From: Polyangiaceae bacterium
Lineage (GTDB): Bacteria > Myxococcota_A > Polyangia > Polyangiales > Polyangiaceae
Assembly (NCBI GenBank): GCA_033763455.1
Contig: JANRKO010000027.1
Location: 28,604 to 92,603, forward strand
Length of the DNA stretch: 64,000 nucleotides
Direction of reading: 5' to 3'
The notes under the pieces were generated by a model, which saw nothing but the letters and a program-made list of their open reading frames with translations, made no database searches and was not told the DNA's origin. How positions within the stretch are numbered: position 1 is the first letter of the stretch; every line of letters begins with the position of its first letter. A program made the translations under genes and the position numbers. Shown one piece after another: positions 29,801 to 38,658 of this stretch.

Positions 29801-31394
29801 GCAACCCATGCACTATACCGAGGCGGCTCGGCGCATGAAGCTGTTCGACCCCAGCCGCTGCCGCGACGCGACGGCAGAGGAAAAAGCTCACGCTGAGTGG
29901 CGTATCGTGCACGGGAAAGTGTGCGCCCCGGCTCCGCGAGATCACGCAACCTGGGACGACATGCGGGATGGTTTCTCCGCAGGCAACGACTATCTGGCGA
30001 CGAAGCTAAACGTACGCACCGACGCGAAGACAGCTCCCGGGGCAATTCGCTGGCCGTATCGCTGGGGCACCACCAGCAACTCCTACCTCCACACCAACCC
30101 GAGCGACGCCGGAGCGGATGTCTACGAGGTAACGATGGAGACGATCCGAAAGTTCGACTACAGCTATCCGTTCCGCTACTTCCGCCGCGGCAACCGCGAT
30201 TGGTACTACCCGGGCATTCCCTCGCGCACCATCAATGATTTCTACGAACGCCTGCGCTCCTACCACTGGGGCATCGCGAACAACAACGCATACTTCCGAT
30301 CTTTCGGCGATGCCGACTACCAGGCAATTGCGGGCTCCGATGATTGGTGGCGCCCCTACATCATCGCTGAGCGTGAGATGTTCGATAACATCACGCGCGC
30401 CCTCCTGATGCCGGAAATCGGTGGATACACCAGGGTCACGCAGAAATCCGCATATGGTGATGTGTTCCTTGGTTCACTGAAAGACATCTACCTTCCCGGC
30501 GCATCAGAAGCCCAAGCCACCTTCATCTTGGATGCCTCTTCCGGTCGCTATATCAGTCCGTCGTTCAACGACGGCCCTGGCGGCGGTGGCTCCTGGGAGT
30601 ATCAGAACTGGCTGAATTGGGTCGGTTTTTCGGTGGAAAAGAGCGAGGCTGGCCGCGCCCTCACCGACGGTCGTGCCGTTTTCCAGACCAACTCGAACCA
30701 AAATTACCTCGATGGTCGCGGCCTCAGCGTGAGTTTCCGTACGGACATGCCCGAAGCCGTCGATCGCTTAATCGGTGGCTTGCTCTCCAGCGATTGGGAC
30801 ACCATCGCTCCCTACGTAACCATCAACCTGGCCGATCAGCACCCGGAACTGAAGATGACGGAGCTTTCGGGCACCGCTCCCAAGCGCCCTACGGGCACGG
30901 GGCTCGTTTATCCCAACGTGGGTTACCAGCAGCAGATTTCCACGCTGATCTACACGCACTTGTTCTCGCGCTTGGACACAGATCTAACGCTAGCTAACAA
31001 GATGCGCATCTGGATCGATGGGTATCTCGGTGAGTTTAACATCCCGGCGGATCAACAGATCCGCTTCACCAACCCGGAAAGTGGCCTCACGTATATCGCA
31101 CGCAAGTACGGACCTGATGAAATCGATGGCAAAGTGGTCGACAAAGGAGTGGCCTCACGCATGCTCGATCGAGCCAACCAGCTGCTACTTCTCACGTATC
31201 AAGTGAAGCGCGATGGTCAAGGCGCCCCCATCTTGGATCAGTTTGGTCAACCCGAAGTGCTGCGGGGTACGAGCGGCGAACCACTTGAGGTTACATCGGG
31301 TTCGCTGCTAGCCGATTACAGACTGTACGTCGGTGTACTGGATGCTTCGGTGCAGATCTCCAATTTGGTCGGGTTCGGGCCCTTCAACTTTTAG
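26886..31394 (+). CDS. Giant Cys-rich lipoprotein, zinc metalloprotease (metzincin)
   Basis: GAGGAG RBS 8 nt before ATG 26886; lipobox LSAC; DPLTGEIIGA; HEVGHSLGMLH; Met-turn STMEY; Cys-rich segments. Confidence 0.8.
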   Translation: MSLWIRRLSQALSLCVLAALSACASERAPINRVEADALAKDFFVASVTDPNDNPEFYWRNFVVDGTEAQSLVGIGSWSGVDRIRWEITENMLFARKAYSVAPGADDKGLPGQRPSGAIVAAYPILKHFDIQRSYNSSTGEELNVIEENSSDRLWNERKYFRVDWSINLVETPQWYDMFVGSMFGEIQVTPLTYYVNDPGHPDAPHFDANAGYFDITSKFVIKPDSMSFSDGTKAPVCMLVGLFTGSATNNCDPQEATVRSSYLRVDKVDPNNDFEPFENTRASLEVVANPGGIGASDSVGIVTAPRVQWDPQYGFTDASMRRFMHVHNIWQKSHQTRGTCSADADCGGGGSVCLSSRECSVPCSYTARGDANNNGTDDQCESTATRYSGSEGSQCSSRNRCTIPYRDRVVKPIGYWMNKETPAALTDDVDSAGNRLNVGPTEDIGNTWNQVLRQSVAKAREIECRRTNSGDRATCHAKYFEPGAIDMVSFGGWGIEKVKADAEDVLVTCHNPVRTYDNKLCGEPGYSARVGDLRHNFLFYWPYSSRAPWGGIANWNADPLTGEIIGAAATTMGRSATFAAAFTRDNIMVANGELSVSDITNGTPAYRYQKQLQGGRTPKTYTKEELAQMVGSVDAANAAKQLHPHAVGTLKDNLPNYFKMLHATKVAPTVTSQTLQFDAIANKLRGSQAEAQIVDKNWLVDSISMTHTNEDVLELASPLRGLEQGRVRALQDNILAGAEKRGLCYFEPFIGTVGNADVTGVARFFKEKYSDAKLSAQFPGDSGNPTALSKRRAEAIYNDLWKDSYKGIALHEVGHSLGMLHEFASSYDSTNFNPQYWQLRTGEGKATASCEGNPRTGDVMDPKKDSCMGPRYLDPENADELGQAEESRPGINYFGNTSTMEYQNERFFESVGLGQFDEHTMNVLYGRVVQTFDGDAPDGLPLADQKTFAVRNWSHLTDYALANWESALTSGVQPMHYTEAARRMKLFDPSRCRDATAEEKAHAEWRIVHGKVCAPAPRDHATWDDMRDGFSAGNDYLATKLNVRTDAKTAPGAIRWPYRWGTTSNSYLHTNPSDAGADVYEVTMETIRKFDYSYPFRYFRRGNRDWYYPGIPSRTINDFYERLRSYHWGIANNNAYFRSFGDADYQAIAGSDDWWRPYIIAEREMFDNITRALLMPEIGGYTRVTQKSAYGDVFLGSLKDIYLPGASEAQATFILDASSGRYISPSFNDGPGGGGSWEYQNWLNWVGFSVEKSEAGRALTDGRAVFQTNSNQNYLDGRGLSVSFRTDMPEAVDRLIGGLLSSDWDTIAPYVTINLADQHPELKMTELSGTAPKRPTGTGLVYPNVGYQQQISTLIYTHLFSRLDTDLTLANKMRIWIDGYLGEFNIPADQQIRFTNPESGLTYIARKYGPDEIDGKVVDKGVASRMLDRANQLLLLTYQVKRDGQGAPILDQFGQPEVLRGTSGEPLEVTSGSLLADYRLYVGVLDASVQISNLVGFGPFNF

Positions 31395-31478
31395 GGCGCC
31401 CACAAGCTGCTCACCGGAGGAAAACGGCGGCCGCGCTAGCGGCTTCCGAAATGTATGGCAGCGTTGATCACGAACGAC

Positions 31479-32438
31479 TCAGCTGTGGCGTTCGACTAAG
31501 TAGCCGTCCTGAAGCAACTTAGAAATGCCCTTCATCACTTCCAGATCGTTCTCAGGGCGTGAATCGAGCAAGGCTCGGAAGCTCTCGGCGTTTAAAGCGT
31601 CCTGCATCAGGGCCAAAGAAAGATCGTCCAGCGCCTCAAGCGGGACAAGCAGGGGAGTCGGCATCGAAAACCGACTGCTCATGCGAGGCAACTCTTCCGC
31701 TAAGCGGCGCACCTCATCGAAATGGCGCATCGACTCGATGACAAGGTGTTCGGTGGAGCCGCCGAGCGGCGTGGCCCCTATGCCTTCTTCGGCCGCTTCG
31801 AGCTCAAATTGCCCTTTGGCCAAACCCATAAGCCGATAGAGGGCCTTTTCCGGCGGCAGCCGTGGCAGCCTCAACAATTCAGCCCTCACGATCTGGCCGT
31901 GCTGAAGGACTATCTTCCCGGCACCTGCGGGTGCCCGTAGCACCAACACGCCAGATTTCTTCCCATTCGCAAGTAGCTGAACCAGATCGGTGACTGGGAT
32001 CTCGGCAAGATCGCCCCGCATCCTCGGGCCACTTTGGGCAGATGGCTCCGATTCAATGTCCTTGAGGCTTCTTACAGCAGAAGCGGGAGAAATACTGGCA
32101 CGATCCGGTGCGATCAGCTTGAGAATACTGGTGCCAATCAGCAACCGATCTCCAATGGTGAGCTCCGCACGCCGTACCCGCTCCCCGTTGACAAACGTGC
32201 CATTAGTGGATCCGAGGTCAGAAACCCGCACGCTCGAACCACGTCGCGTAAGCGTCGCGTGGTGACGTGAGACGAGCTCTTCCACTAAGACCAGATCGGC
32301 GTCAGTAGCGCGACCGATCAGCAACTCCTGGTTCACATCAAGCGGGAACTCTCCACCCTCGTATTTTCCTGAGATGAAACGCAGGACAAGAACCTGACGT
32401 TCTGAAATTTTCGCCGAAAATGCAGATGACTGGGGCAT
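31479..32438 (-). CDS. FHA domain + DUF4388 protein
   Basis: LLIGR..VSRHHA..DLGSTNGTFVNG (FHA); MRGDLAEIPVTDLVQLLANGKKSGVL (DUF4388). Confidence 0.88.
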   Translation of the reverse strand: MPQSSAFSAKISERQVLVLRFISGKYEGGEFPLDVNQELLIGRATDADLVLVEELVSRHHATLTRRGSSVRVSDLGSTNGTFVNGERVRRAELTIGDRLLIGTSILKLIAPDRASISPASAVRSLKDIESEPSAQSGPRMRGDLAEIPVTDLVQLLANGKKSGVLVLRAPAGAGKIVLQHGQIVRAELLRLPRLPPEKALYRLMGLAKGQFELEAAEEGIGATPLGGSTEHLVIESMRHFDEVRRLAEELPRMSSRFSMPTPLLVPLEALDDLSLALMQDALNAESFRALLDSRPENDLEVMKGISKLLQDGYLVERHS

Positions 32439-32511
32439 GCGAAGCTACGGGTAGAAGCAGTTTGTGTAGCTCCACCACAGCGCCGAGGATACGGCTTTGT
32501 TGCAAAAACGG

Positions 32512-34650
32512 TCAAGAAATAGCCGAGCCCGTGGCGGCACCGAGACCAGGGCGCAGCGCCGCGCGGGGGTTGCTTGACGTTTCGATGACGCTTGAAATCG
32601 GAAGCGTGATCGAGAAGGTGCTGCCCTGACCGGGCTGGGATTTGACATCGATGCGCCCACCCATTTCTTCGACAATGCGTTGACTGATAGCCAAGCCAAG
32701 GCCGGTACCTTTTGGTTTCGTGGTAAAAAACGGCACAAATAGGCTTTGTCGGATCTCCTTGGTCATGCCTTTGCCGGTATCAGAAACGGCGATCTCAAGC
32801 CATTTGCCAGCTCTATCTTGGGTGGTGTCCTCAATGACCCGCGTCGAGACCACCACCGCACCCGTCTGGTCCACCGCCTGGGTGGCATTCTTGACCAGGT
32901 TGAGCATCACCTGCCGCAACTGCTCGGCGTCCCCTGGGACCAACGGCAGGTTTTCACCCAGCTGGACCTCCAGCTTGCAGCTGTGGGCTGGGTCAGACAT
33001 GGCGATTCTGAGCGCATTTTCCACAACCTCGTTCACATCGAGCGGTTGGAAATCGCTTTTCCGCGGACGCGCATAGCTCAAGACCGAGCCTACCACGCGA
33101 TCGAGCCGATCTACCTCTTGCAAGATGATGTCGACAAACTCCTTGTCCGCCGAGACAACATGCGAGGCAGTCAAGGTTTCGTTTAGGAGCTGAGCCGCTC
33201 CTTTGATAGCACCAAGCGGATTTTTGACCTCGTGGGCGAGCCCCGCTGCCATTTGCCCGAGCGCGGCCAGACGATCCCGCTGATGCATGCGGCGATATTG
33301 CCGGGAGTTTTCCACCACCACACCGATTTGCAGGGCAAACGACTCCAGCAGCGCCACTTCGTCGTCGGAAAGTGCGTCGCGCACGCGATCATCAGCCACC
33401 AGCAAAAAACCGAGCAGCTGGCTATCTTCTCCGTGGATGCTGAGGCACACGCCCGATGAGTAAGGGCCCAAGATCTTGGCGGCTGCCAGAATACGCTCGT
33501 CAGCCTCACCCTCTCCTGTCCAGCCCGCTCGGCGCCGCTCCAACGCTTCGAACTCCAGCTGTTGTAGCACCACCGAGGCGCTCTTACCGAGCCGTTCGAG
33601 CAGGGGCCGTGCCGCTGCTGCATCTATCCGCTCAGGTGCGGCTGGCCCTAAAAATGATCCCAAATAGAAGTCTGGACCCAACGGATCGCGAAAGTAGATC
33701 GCTGCCCCGGTAACACGACTCGATTCCTCCAATGCCGCCATCACCACGGCTTGCATCTTCTGGACTTCGAGCACGTGGGAAAGCTGGGATTTGGCAAGAT
33801 CGAGAGCGCGCTCTAGCGCCACACGTTCGCGGAAGAACACTAAGTGAACATATTTTTCCAGCTTGGTACGGAGCGGCTCCACCAACACCAAGATCACGAT
33901 CGCCGCAAGTGTGGCGCCAAGATACATGGTTTCGAACCCGCCATAGAGGACCACAAACACGTAGAACACGCCCGCCATCCCGAAGGCGAGCGCCGTGGAT
34001 ACCAGAAGCTGTACCAGCACATCAAAGAGATCCAATAGCCGCTGCCGGATGAGCGACTCGGACAACATGAACAGGAAGACCACGCTGAGCACAGCACCCA
34101 CCGGCGGCAATGGTGCGCCGATGAACCACAGAAAATCTGCAAGGCTGAACGCAGCAGCCAAAGCACCAATCGACACGAGCACACGAACGCGGCGCTGGAT
34201 AGCCCGTGAACCGCTGTGTTCCCCGCGCTGGGCCAACGACCACAAACCAGCCGCAAGGAGCCCAAACACGTAGAGGAAGATCACATCCCGCTCAAGCGCC
34301 GTTTGGCGGGGCAAGGCCACCAGAACAAGCAAGGGAAGCATCAAAATCCCCGCCACGCGCAGCAGCTTGGAAGGGCCCGGCTTTCTGGGCACAACCGCGT
34401 CGAACAAGTGCAACGCGAACTGGGGAAGCAAGACCACCAGGAGGATGGTGAAGCGCACCCACACATCCGCACGTACGAAATGATAGAGCCACTGCGCGAG
34501 GTACCAGAGCCCGATGTCCGCAGCGAAGGCGGCAAACAGGATCTGGGCGCGTCTCGGGCGACCTCGCAGGAGAATCGATACGGCAATGGCGAGCGCCAAA
34601 GCGCCGCAGAACAACGACGTCTGCGTTCGCAGATCGGCCAACTTATTCAT
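32512..34650 (-). CDS. Multi-TM + GAF sensor histidine kinase
   Basis: About 8-9 TM segments, GAF-like region, GLAHEVKNPL, NLVKNA, DTGKGM, PFFTTK, GTGLGLAI; ATG 34650 overlaps the nadD stop. Confidence 0.9.
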   Translation of the reverse strand: MNKLADLRTQTSLFCGALALAIAVSILLRGRPRRAQILFAAFAADIGLWYLAQWLYHFVRADVWVRFTILLVVLLPQFALHLFDAVVPRKPGPSKLLRVAGILMLPLLVLVALPRQTALERDVIFLYVFGLLAAGLWSLAQRGEHSGSRAIQRRVRVLVSIGALAAAFSLADFLWFIGAPLPPVGAVLSVVFLFMLSESLIRQRLLDLFDVLVQLLVSTALAFGMAGVFYVFVVLYGGFETMYLGATLAAIVILVLVEPLRTKLEKYVHLVFFRERVALERALDLAKSQLSHVLEVQKMQAVVMAALEESSRVTGAAIYFRDPLGPDFYLGSFLGPAAPERIDAAAARPLLERLGKSASVVLQQLEFEALERRRAGWTGEGEADERILAAAKILGPYSSGVCLSIHGEDSQLLGFLLVADDRVRDALSDDEVALLESFALQIGVVVENSRQYRRMHQRDRLAALGQMAAGLAHEVKNPLGAIKGAAQLLNETLTASHVVSADKEFVDIILQEVDRLDRVVGSVLSYARPRKSDFQPLDVNEVVENALRIAMSDPAHSCKLEVQLGENLPLVPGDAEQLRQVMLNLVKNATQAVDQTGAVVVSTRVIEDTTQDRAGKWLEIAVSDTGKGMTKEIRQSLFVPFFTTKPKGTGLGLAISQRIVEEMGGRIDVKSQPGQGSTFSITLPISSVIETSSNPRAALRPGLGAATGSAIS

Positions 34651-35209
34651 CGCGGTAGAGGCCCTCGGCGTCGATGTACGCGAGCACATTGGCGGGAACG
34701 GTTGCTTCAAGCTCGCGTTTCGCGCTTGGATCTTCTCGGGCAAGCAAGAGCTCACGAACGCGCGTGGAAGAAACTCCCGGCAATACGGGTGCTGGCGCAC
34801 CTGGTCCCGCGACACCTACGCGGCCCAAAATGTTGAGTGGCGCGAGCTCCCGGAGACGCGAAGCGCCGTACCATTTCTCAAAATCCGGCAACTGATCTGC
34901 CCCAACAAGCAGAGAAAATTGGGAATCTGGCTCCTTCTGCGTGAGGTACTCAAGCGTTGCGAGCGTACGGCTCGGAGCGGGTAAGCTCGCTTCCACGCGG
35001 GAGACGGTGACCCCAGGGATCCACCCCATGCACAGCTCTACCATCCGAAAGCGATGCTCGAAGCTCGCCAAGCGCTTGGCGAAGGCATGCTCAAACACGG
35101 GCACCACGAGCACCTTCTCGGCCCAACCCACCGACAAGGCGTAGCTTACGGCCAACACGTGAGACACGTGGGGTGGGTTGAAACTTCCGCCGTAGAACGC
35201 CACTTTCAT
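34643..35209 (-). CDS. nadD: Nicotinate-nucleotide adenylyltransferase
   Basis: YGGSFNPPHVSH, LLVGAD, VSSTRVRE. Confidence 0.9.
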   Translation of the reverse strand: MKVAFYGGSFNPPHVSHVLAVSYALSVGWAEKVLVVPVFEHAFAKRLASFEHRFRMVELCMGWIPGVTVSRVEASLPAPSRTLATLEYLTQKEPDSQFSLLVGADQLPDFEKWYGASRLRELAPLNILGRVGVAGPGAPAPVLPGVSSTRVRELLLAREDPSAKRELEATVPANVLAYIDAEGLYRDE

Positions 35210-35306
35210 ACGAAAGCCGCGGGTATCGTACACACTTCGTCGAAGCCTTGGGTGTTTTTTACTTCCCGAAAGCGAGTGACGCCTTAAGCTCGGGCAACTT
35301 CTTCAG

Positions 35307-36587
35307 ATGGTCCGACGCCTCTCCCCACCCAAAAAGCCCGTTGAGATTTGGCATGACGGCGAAAAGCTGGTTGCCGAAGCAGGGGAGCCTCTGGCCTTTG
35401 CGCTCATCGCGGCTGACCATTGGGCGCTCGCCCGCAGCCCCAAGCTGCACCGCCCACGAGGGCCATATTGCCTTTCGGGCGCCTGCGACGGATGCCTCGC
35501 GCGCGTAGACGGCATACCGAATGTCATGACCTGCATGAAGCGGGCGGTAGGCGGCGAGCAGATTGAGACACAAAACGTGTTGGGCAGCCGTGGGACGGAT
35601 TTGCTACGCGCCGCCGATTTTCTGTTTCCAAAAGGTATCGACCACCACCAGCTCTTTGCCGGGGTACCGATCATCTCAGACGTAGTGCAATCATTCGCTC
35701 GCCGGGTGGCGGGCCTCGGGCAGCTTCCAGATGAAGTGGCGAACACTTTGCCTGCGGTGCAAAAAGAAGCCAATGTGGTGGTAATTGGCGGAGGCCGCTC
35801 CGGGCTAACACTAGCTCGCCAGCTCGCGTCGGCGGGCGTAACAGGGATAACGCTGTTCGATGATCAGCCTCACCTGGGTGGAAATTGGGGACTTTTTGCA
35901 CCCAGCGAGGCACAAGCCGCCGTGGCTGAGGCACGAGCCCTAGGTTGCTCATTGCAACCTGCCACCACTGTGGTGGGGTTGTTCGAAAACGCTGGCGCTG
36001 GGGGGCTGCCCACGGTTCTAGCCGCGAACGAACGCGGAGCCACACTCGTGAGCACGCGCGCACTCGTTCTGGCGACCGGCAGCCAAGACCGCACCGTGTT
36101 GTTTGGCAACAATGATTTGCCGGGTATTTTTTCCGCGCGCGCGGCTCTCGCACTCTGGCGCTCAGGGATTTCGGTAGGTCCTCGAGTACTTTTGGTCGAC
36201 GCCCAAGAGCTGGGAAAGGCCTTTGAACAGCTCAGCGGGGACAAGCTCCAGATCACGCATGCTAGTTCAGCCGCACTCCTTTCAGCAAAAGGCTCCGCTA
36301 GGGTTACGGGGGCGAGCTTCAACGACGGAAGCCCAACCTGGCGCGGCGAAGCGATTGTCATCGACGGGCCGCGACCGAGCACCCTCAATCTGGCCGTTCA
36401 GGCCGGCTGTGAGGTGCGCTTTTCCGGAGAAGGCTACGAACTGTTACCGCCCCCAGCCGCAGATGCCCCGGCGCACGAAAGGCGAGGCCTGTGGGTTACG
36501 GGCAGCGCGGCCCGGCAAGCACTCACGGAGCCCGAACAGGGCCCATCATTGGCCACCCGTGTGGTTCAATATCTCGCGGAACTTTAA
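35307..36587 (+). CDS. 2Fe-2S/FAD oxidoreductase, sarcosine-oxidase alpha-like
   Basis: RSPKLHRPRGPYCLSGACDGCLARVDG..NVMTC; VVIGGGRSG; LATGS..FGNNDLPGI. Confidence 0.82.
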   Translation: MVRRLSPPKKPVEIWHDGEKLVAEAGEPLAFALIAADHWALARSPKLHRPRGPYCLSGACDGCLARVDGIPNVMTCMKRAVGGEQIETQNVLGSRGTDLLRAADFLFPKGIDHHQLFAGVPIISDVVQSFARRVAGLGQLPDEVANTLPAVQKEANVVVIGGGRSGLTLARQLASAGVTGITLFDDQPHLGGNWGLFAPSEAQAAVAEARALGCSLQPATTVVGLFENAGAGGLPTVLAANERGATLVSTRALVLATGSQDRTVLFGNNDLPGIFSARAALALWRSGISVGPRVLLVDAQELGKAFEQLSGDKLQITHASSAALLSAKGSARVTGASFNDGSPTWRGEAIVIDGPRPSTLNLAVQAGCEVRFSGEGYELLPPPAADAPAHERRGLWVTGSAARQALTEPEQGPSLATRVVQYLAEL

Positions 36588-37315
36588 CGCTCCACGAGTG
36601 TGCCAAACAAAGAAAGCCCACCCGCAATAAATACCACGTCGAAGACCACCATGAACTTCAGGTAGTCCAGAAGCTCGCTGAGCGACACGCCATTAAAGAG
36701 CTCCCGAGAGGTCGTGACGGCGGAGAGCAAGGTGGGCGAAAGCAGAGGAAAGAGAACAATCGCCAAGATCAAGTCTCGCGCCTGAGTCCGCACCGTCATG
36801 GCTCCAAAGAGTGTACCTGCAGCGGCGATACCAGGAGTAGCCACCAGCGCCACCACCACGAGCCCTGCCCCAACTTCCCCCAAATCAAGCGCCAAAAATA
36901 GCGCAGCCAAGGGGATAACCACGAGCTCCACCATGAAGAGAAAGGTGCACACCCCGAGCGCCTTGCCAGCGAAAATTGCACTGCGCGGAATCGGCGTAAC
37001 CAAAAGGCCATCCAACGCGCGCTCCTGGCGTTCCCGCTGCCACCCCCGACCCAAAGCAAGGACGGCTGCAAAGGCTACCGAAATCCAGATAACGCCCGAG
37101 CCTACAAGGCGACGAGTAACTGGGCCGCCATAAAACGCCAGGGACGCCATCACGACCACGAGTGCTGCGAAAAAGGTACTCGTCGTTACGACCTCCCCCG
37201 TCTTGATCTCAATGGCGAGATCCTTTCGAAAAATGATGCCAGCTGCTTTTAGCCAACTAGGGGTGCGACGGACGAGCGGCTCACCGGTGGGGGGATGCGC
37301 GGCGTCCGGTTGCAT
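36584..37315 (-). CDS. ccmB: Heme exporter protein CcmB
   Basis: IFRKDLAIE, GVIWISVAFAAVLALGR, LDGLLVTP, IFAGKA, LILAIVLFPL. Confidence 0.88.
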   Translation of the reverse strand: MQPDAAHPPTGEPLVRRTPSWLKAAGIIFRKDLAIEIKTGEVVTTSTFFAALVVVMASLAFYGGPVTRRLVGSGVIWISVAFAAVLALGRGWQRERQERALDGLLVTPIPRSAIFAGKALGVCTFLFMVELVVIPLAALFLALDLGEVGAGLVVVALVATPGIAAAGTLFGAMTVRTQARDLILAIVLFPLLSPTLLSAVTTSRELFNGVSLSELLDYLKFMVVFDVVFIAGGLSLFGTLVER

Positions 37316-37426
37316 GCGTGCGAATAGTCGCCCCCCTGAGCCGCGTCGGCAAGGGTGACCAGAAACCGGCGCCGTGGTAGTTAGCCAGGAATACGGAGCG
37401 TCGGGCCCTAGCGCCCGCTTGAACCC

Positions 37427-37939
37427 ATGACAGACCTGCGAGTCGTAGACGACCTACTCCTTTCAGAGGCCCGCTACTGGGATGAGATTTTCCTGGACGA
37501 CGCCTTCAACCGCCGCCTGTTCTTGGAGCGGCTACGCTTCTCCGAATATCGAGTAAAATCCCAAGAGTCCGTGGGGGACGAAGTTCGCCGCGTTCTGGTC
37601 GCCGCCCCTCCGCTCGGGGAGATGCCGGGAGCCTTAAAGAAGCTCGTCGGCGACAGCGTGAGCTACGAGGAGCGCGGAGTGTTCAATAAGGTGAAACGCC
37701 GTTACGAATTTACGGTGGTGCCAAGCACGCTGGCGGACAAAGTGAGCATTCGTGGAAGCCTGCACCTCGAACCCATTTCGGACACGAGCTGCCGCCGCAT
37801 CTTCGAAGCAACGATCACCGCACGCATCATGCTCGTGGGCGGAGTGCTCGAAAGCAAGATCGCGAGTGATCTTGAACGGAGCCAGAAGGCAGCTGCTCGC
37901 TTCACGAACGATTACGCAAGAGAACACAGCCCAGCGTAG
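37427..37939 (+). CDS. DUF2505-like (START/SRPBCC fold) protein
   Basis: 170 aa; SYEERG..F..P..ADKVSIRG..LEP..CRR..ITARIMLVGGVLESKI pattern. Confidence 0.65.
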   Translation: MTDLRVVDDLLLSEARYWDEIFLDDAFNRRLFLERLRFSEYRVKSQESVGDEVRRVLVAAPPLGEMPGALKKLVGDSVSYEERGVFNKVKRRYEFTVVPSTLADKVSIRGSLHLEPISDTSCRRIFEATITARIMLVGGVLESKIASDLERSQKAAARFTNDYAREHSPA

Positions 37940-38037
37940 GGTGCAGGTATCGCGCACTCACCACGTGCGCGACGACTCAACGCGACGCAAACGAGCGAAC
38001 CGGACGGGCCGCTCGGAGCGCTTAGCGCGGAGGACCT

Positions 38038-38379
38038 TTAGGAGGCTTGCTTGACCCGACGCTTGGCGGCGGTGTGGATGTCGAGCAGGTGGGGAACGGT
38101 AAAACCGTTCAAGCGCGCCTTATAGCCGTCATCCTTCGTGCGTTTCTCAAGGTCGAGGATGGCCGCAACCAACTTGGCGCGGGTACCAAACTCTTTTTTG
38201 ACTTGGCTCAGACGATCATGCAGCCGAACCAGCTTGGCGTTCGAGACGCGCTTCAAGCCTTTCTCGCTGTTGAGTTCGTCGACCCAGAGTTCGTCCGTCT
38301 TCAATTTCTCGACGGCGGCAACGAGCTCAGTTTTGCTCTTGAATCGTTCTTTGACTTGGGCCAGCGGTGTTTTCTTCAT
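38038..38379 (-). CDS. Small basic hypothetical protein with an internal duplication
   Basis: GGAAGG 9 nt before ATG 38379; 113 aa, Lys/Arg-rich; LAQVKERFKSKTELVAAV matches LSQVKKEFGTRAKLVAAI. Confidence 0.8.
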   Translation of the reverse strand: MKKTPLAQVKERFKSKTELVAAVEKLKTDELWVDELNSEKGLKRVSNAKLVRLHDRLSQVKKEFGTRAKLVAAILDLEKRTKDDGYKARLNGFTVPHLLDIHTAAKRRVKQAS

Positions 38380-38527
38380 GATCTCAAGCCTTCCGTTCCT
38401 CGAAGGGCCGGCCTTCCTAGCAACCCCGGGGCCCGCCCGCAACTGCTTCTACGAAAAGGTGGGGCCATGGCGGAAGCGCGCCTTCTCAGCAGGGGCAAAA
38501 AGCCTCCCAAGGCCCTTTGCACCGCCA

Positions 38528-38578
38528 GAGATACTTCGCATGCCAAGTATCTCCACGGGACTCTCATCCCCCGTGGAG
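38528..38578. promoter_or_regulatory. Two overlapping inverted repeats in a divergent promoter region
   Basis: GAGATACTT-cGCATGCc-AAGTATCTC (38528-38553) and CTCCACGGG-N10-CCCGTGGAG (38551-38578). Confidence 0.5.
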
Positions 38579-38658
38579 CGAAGAGGTGTTCTTGGCGGGG
38601 CCGACGGGCTGGGCTCTCCTCATGACACCCCTTGCCCGTCGTGGTAACGCGCGTGCGC

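Noticed and set aside
35307..37315. Orphan sarcosine-oxidase-alpha-like gene and lone ccmB as one system
   Set aside because: They are convergent and functionally unrelated; their partner genes are probably elsewhere in the genome.
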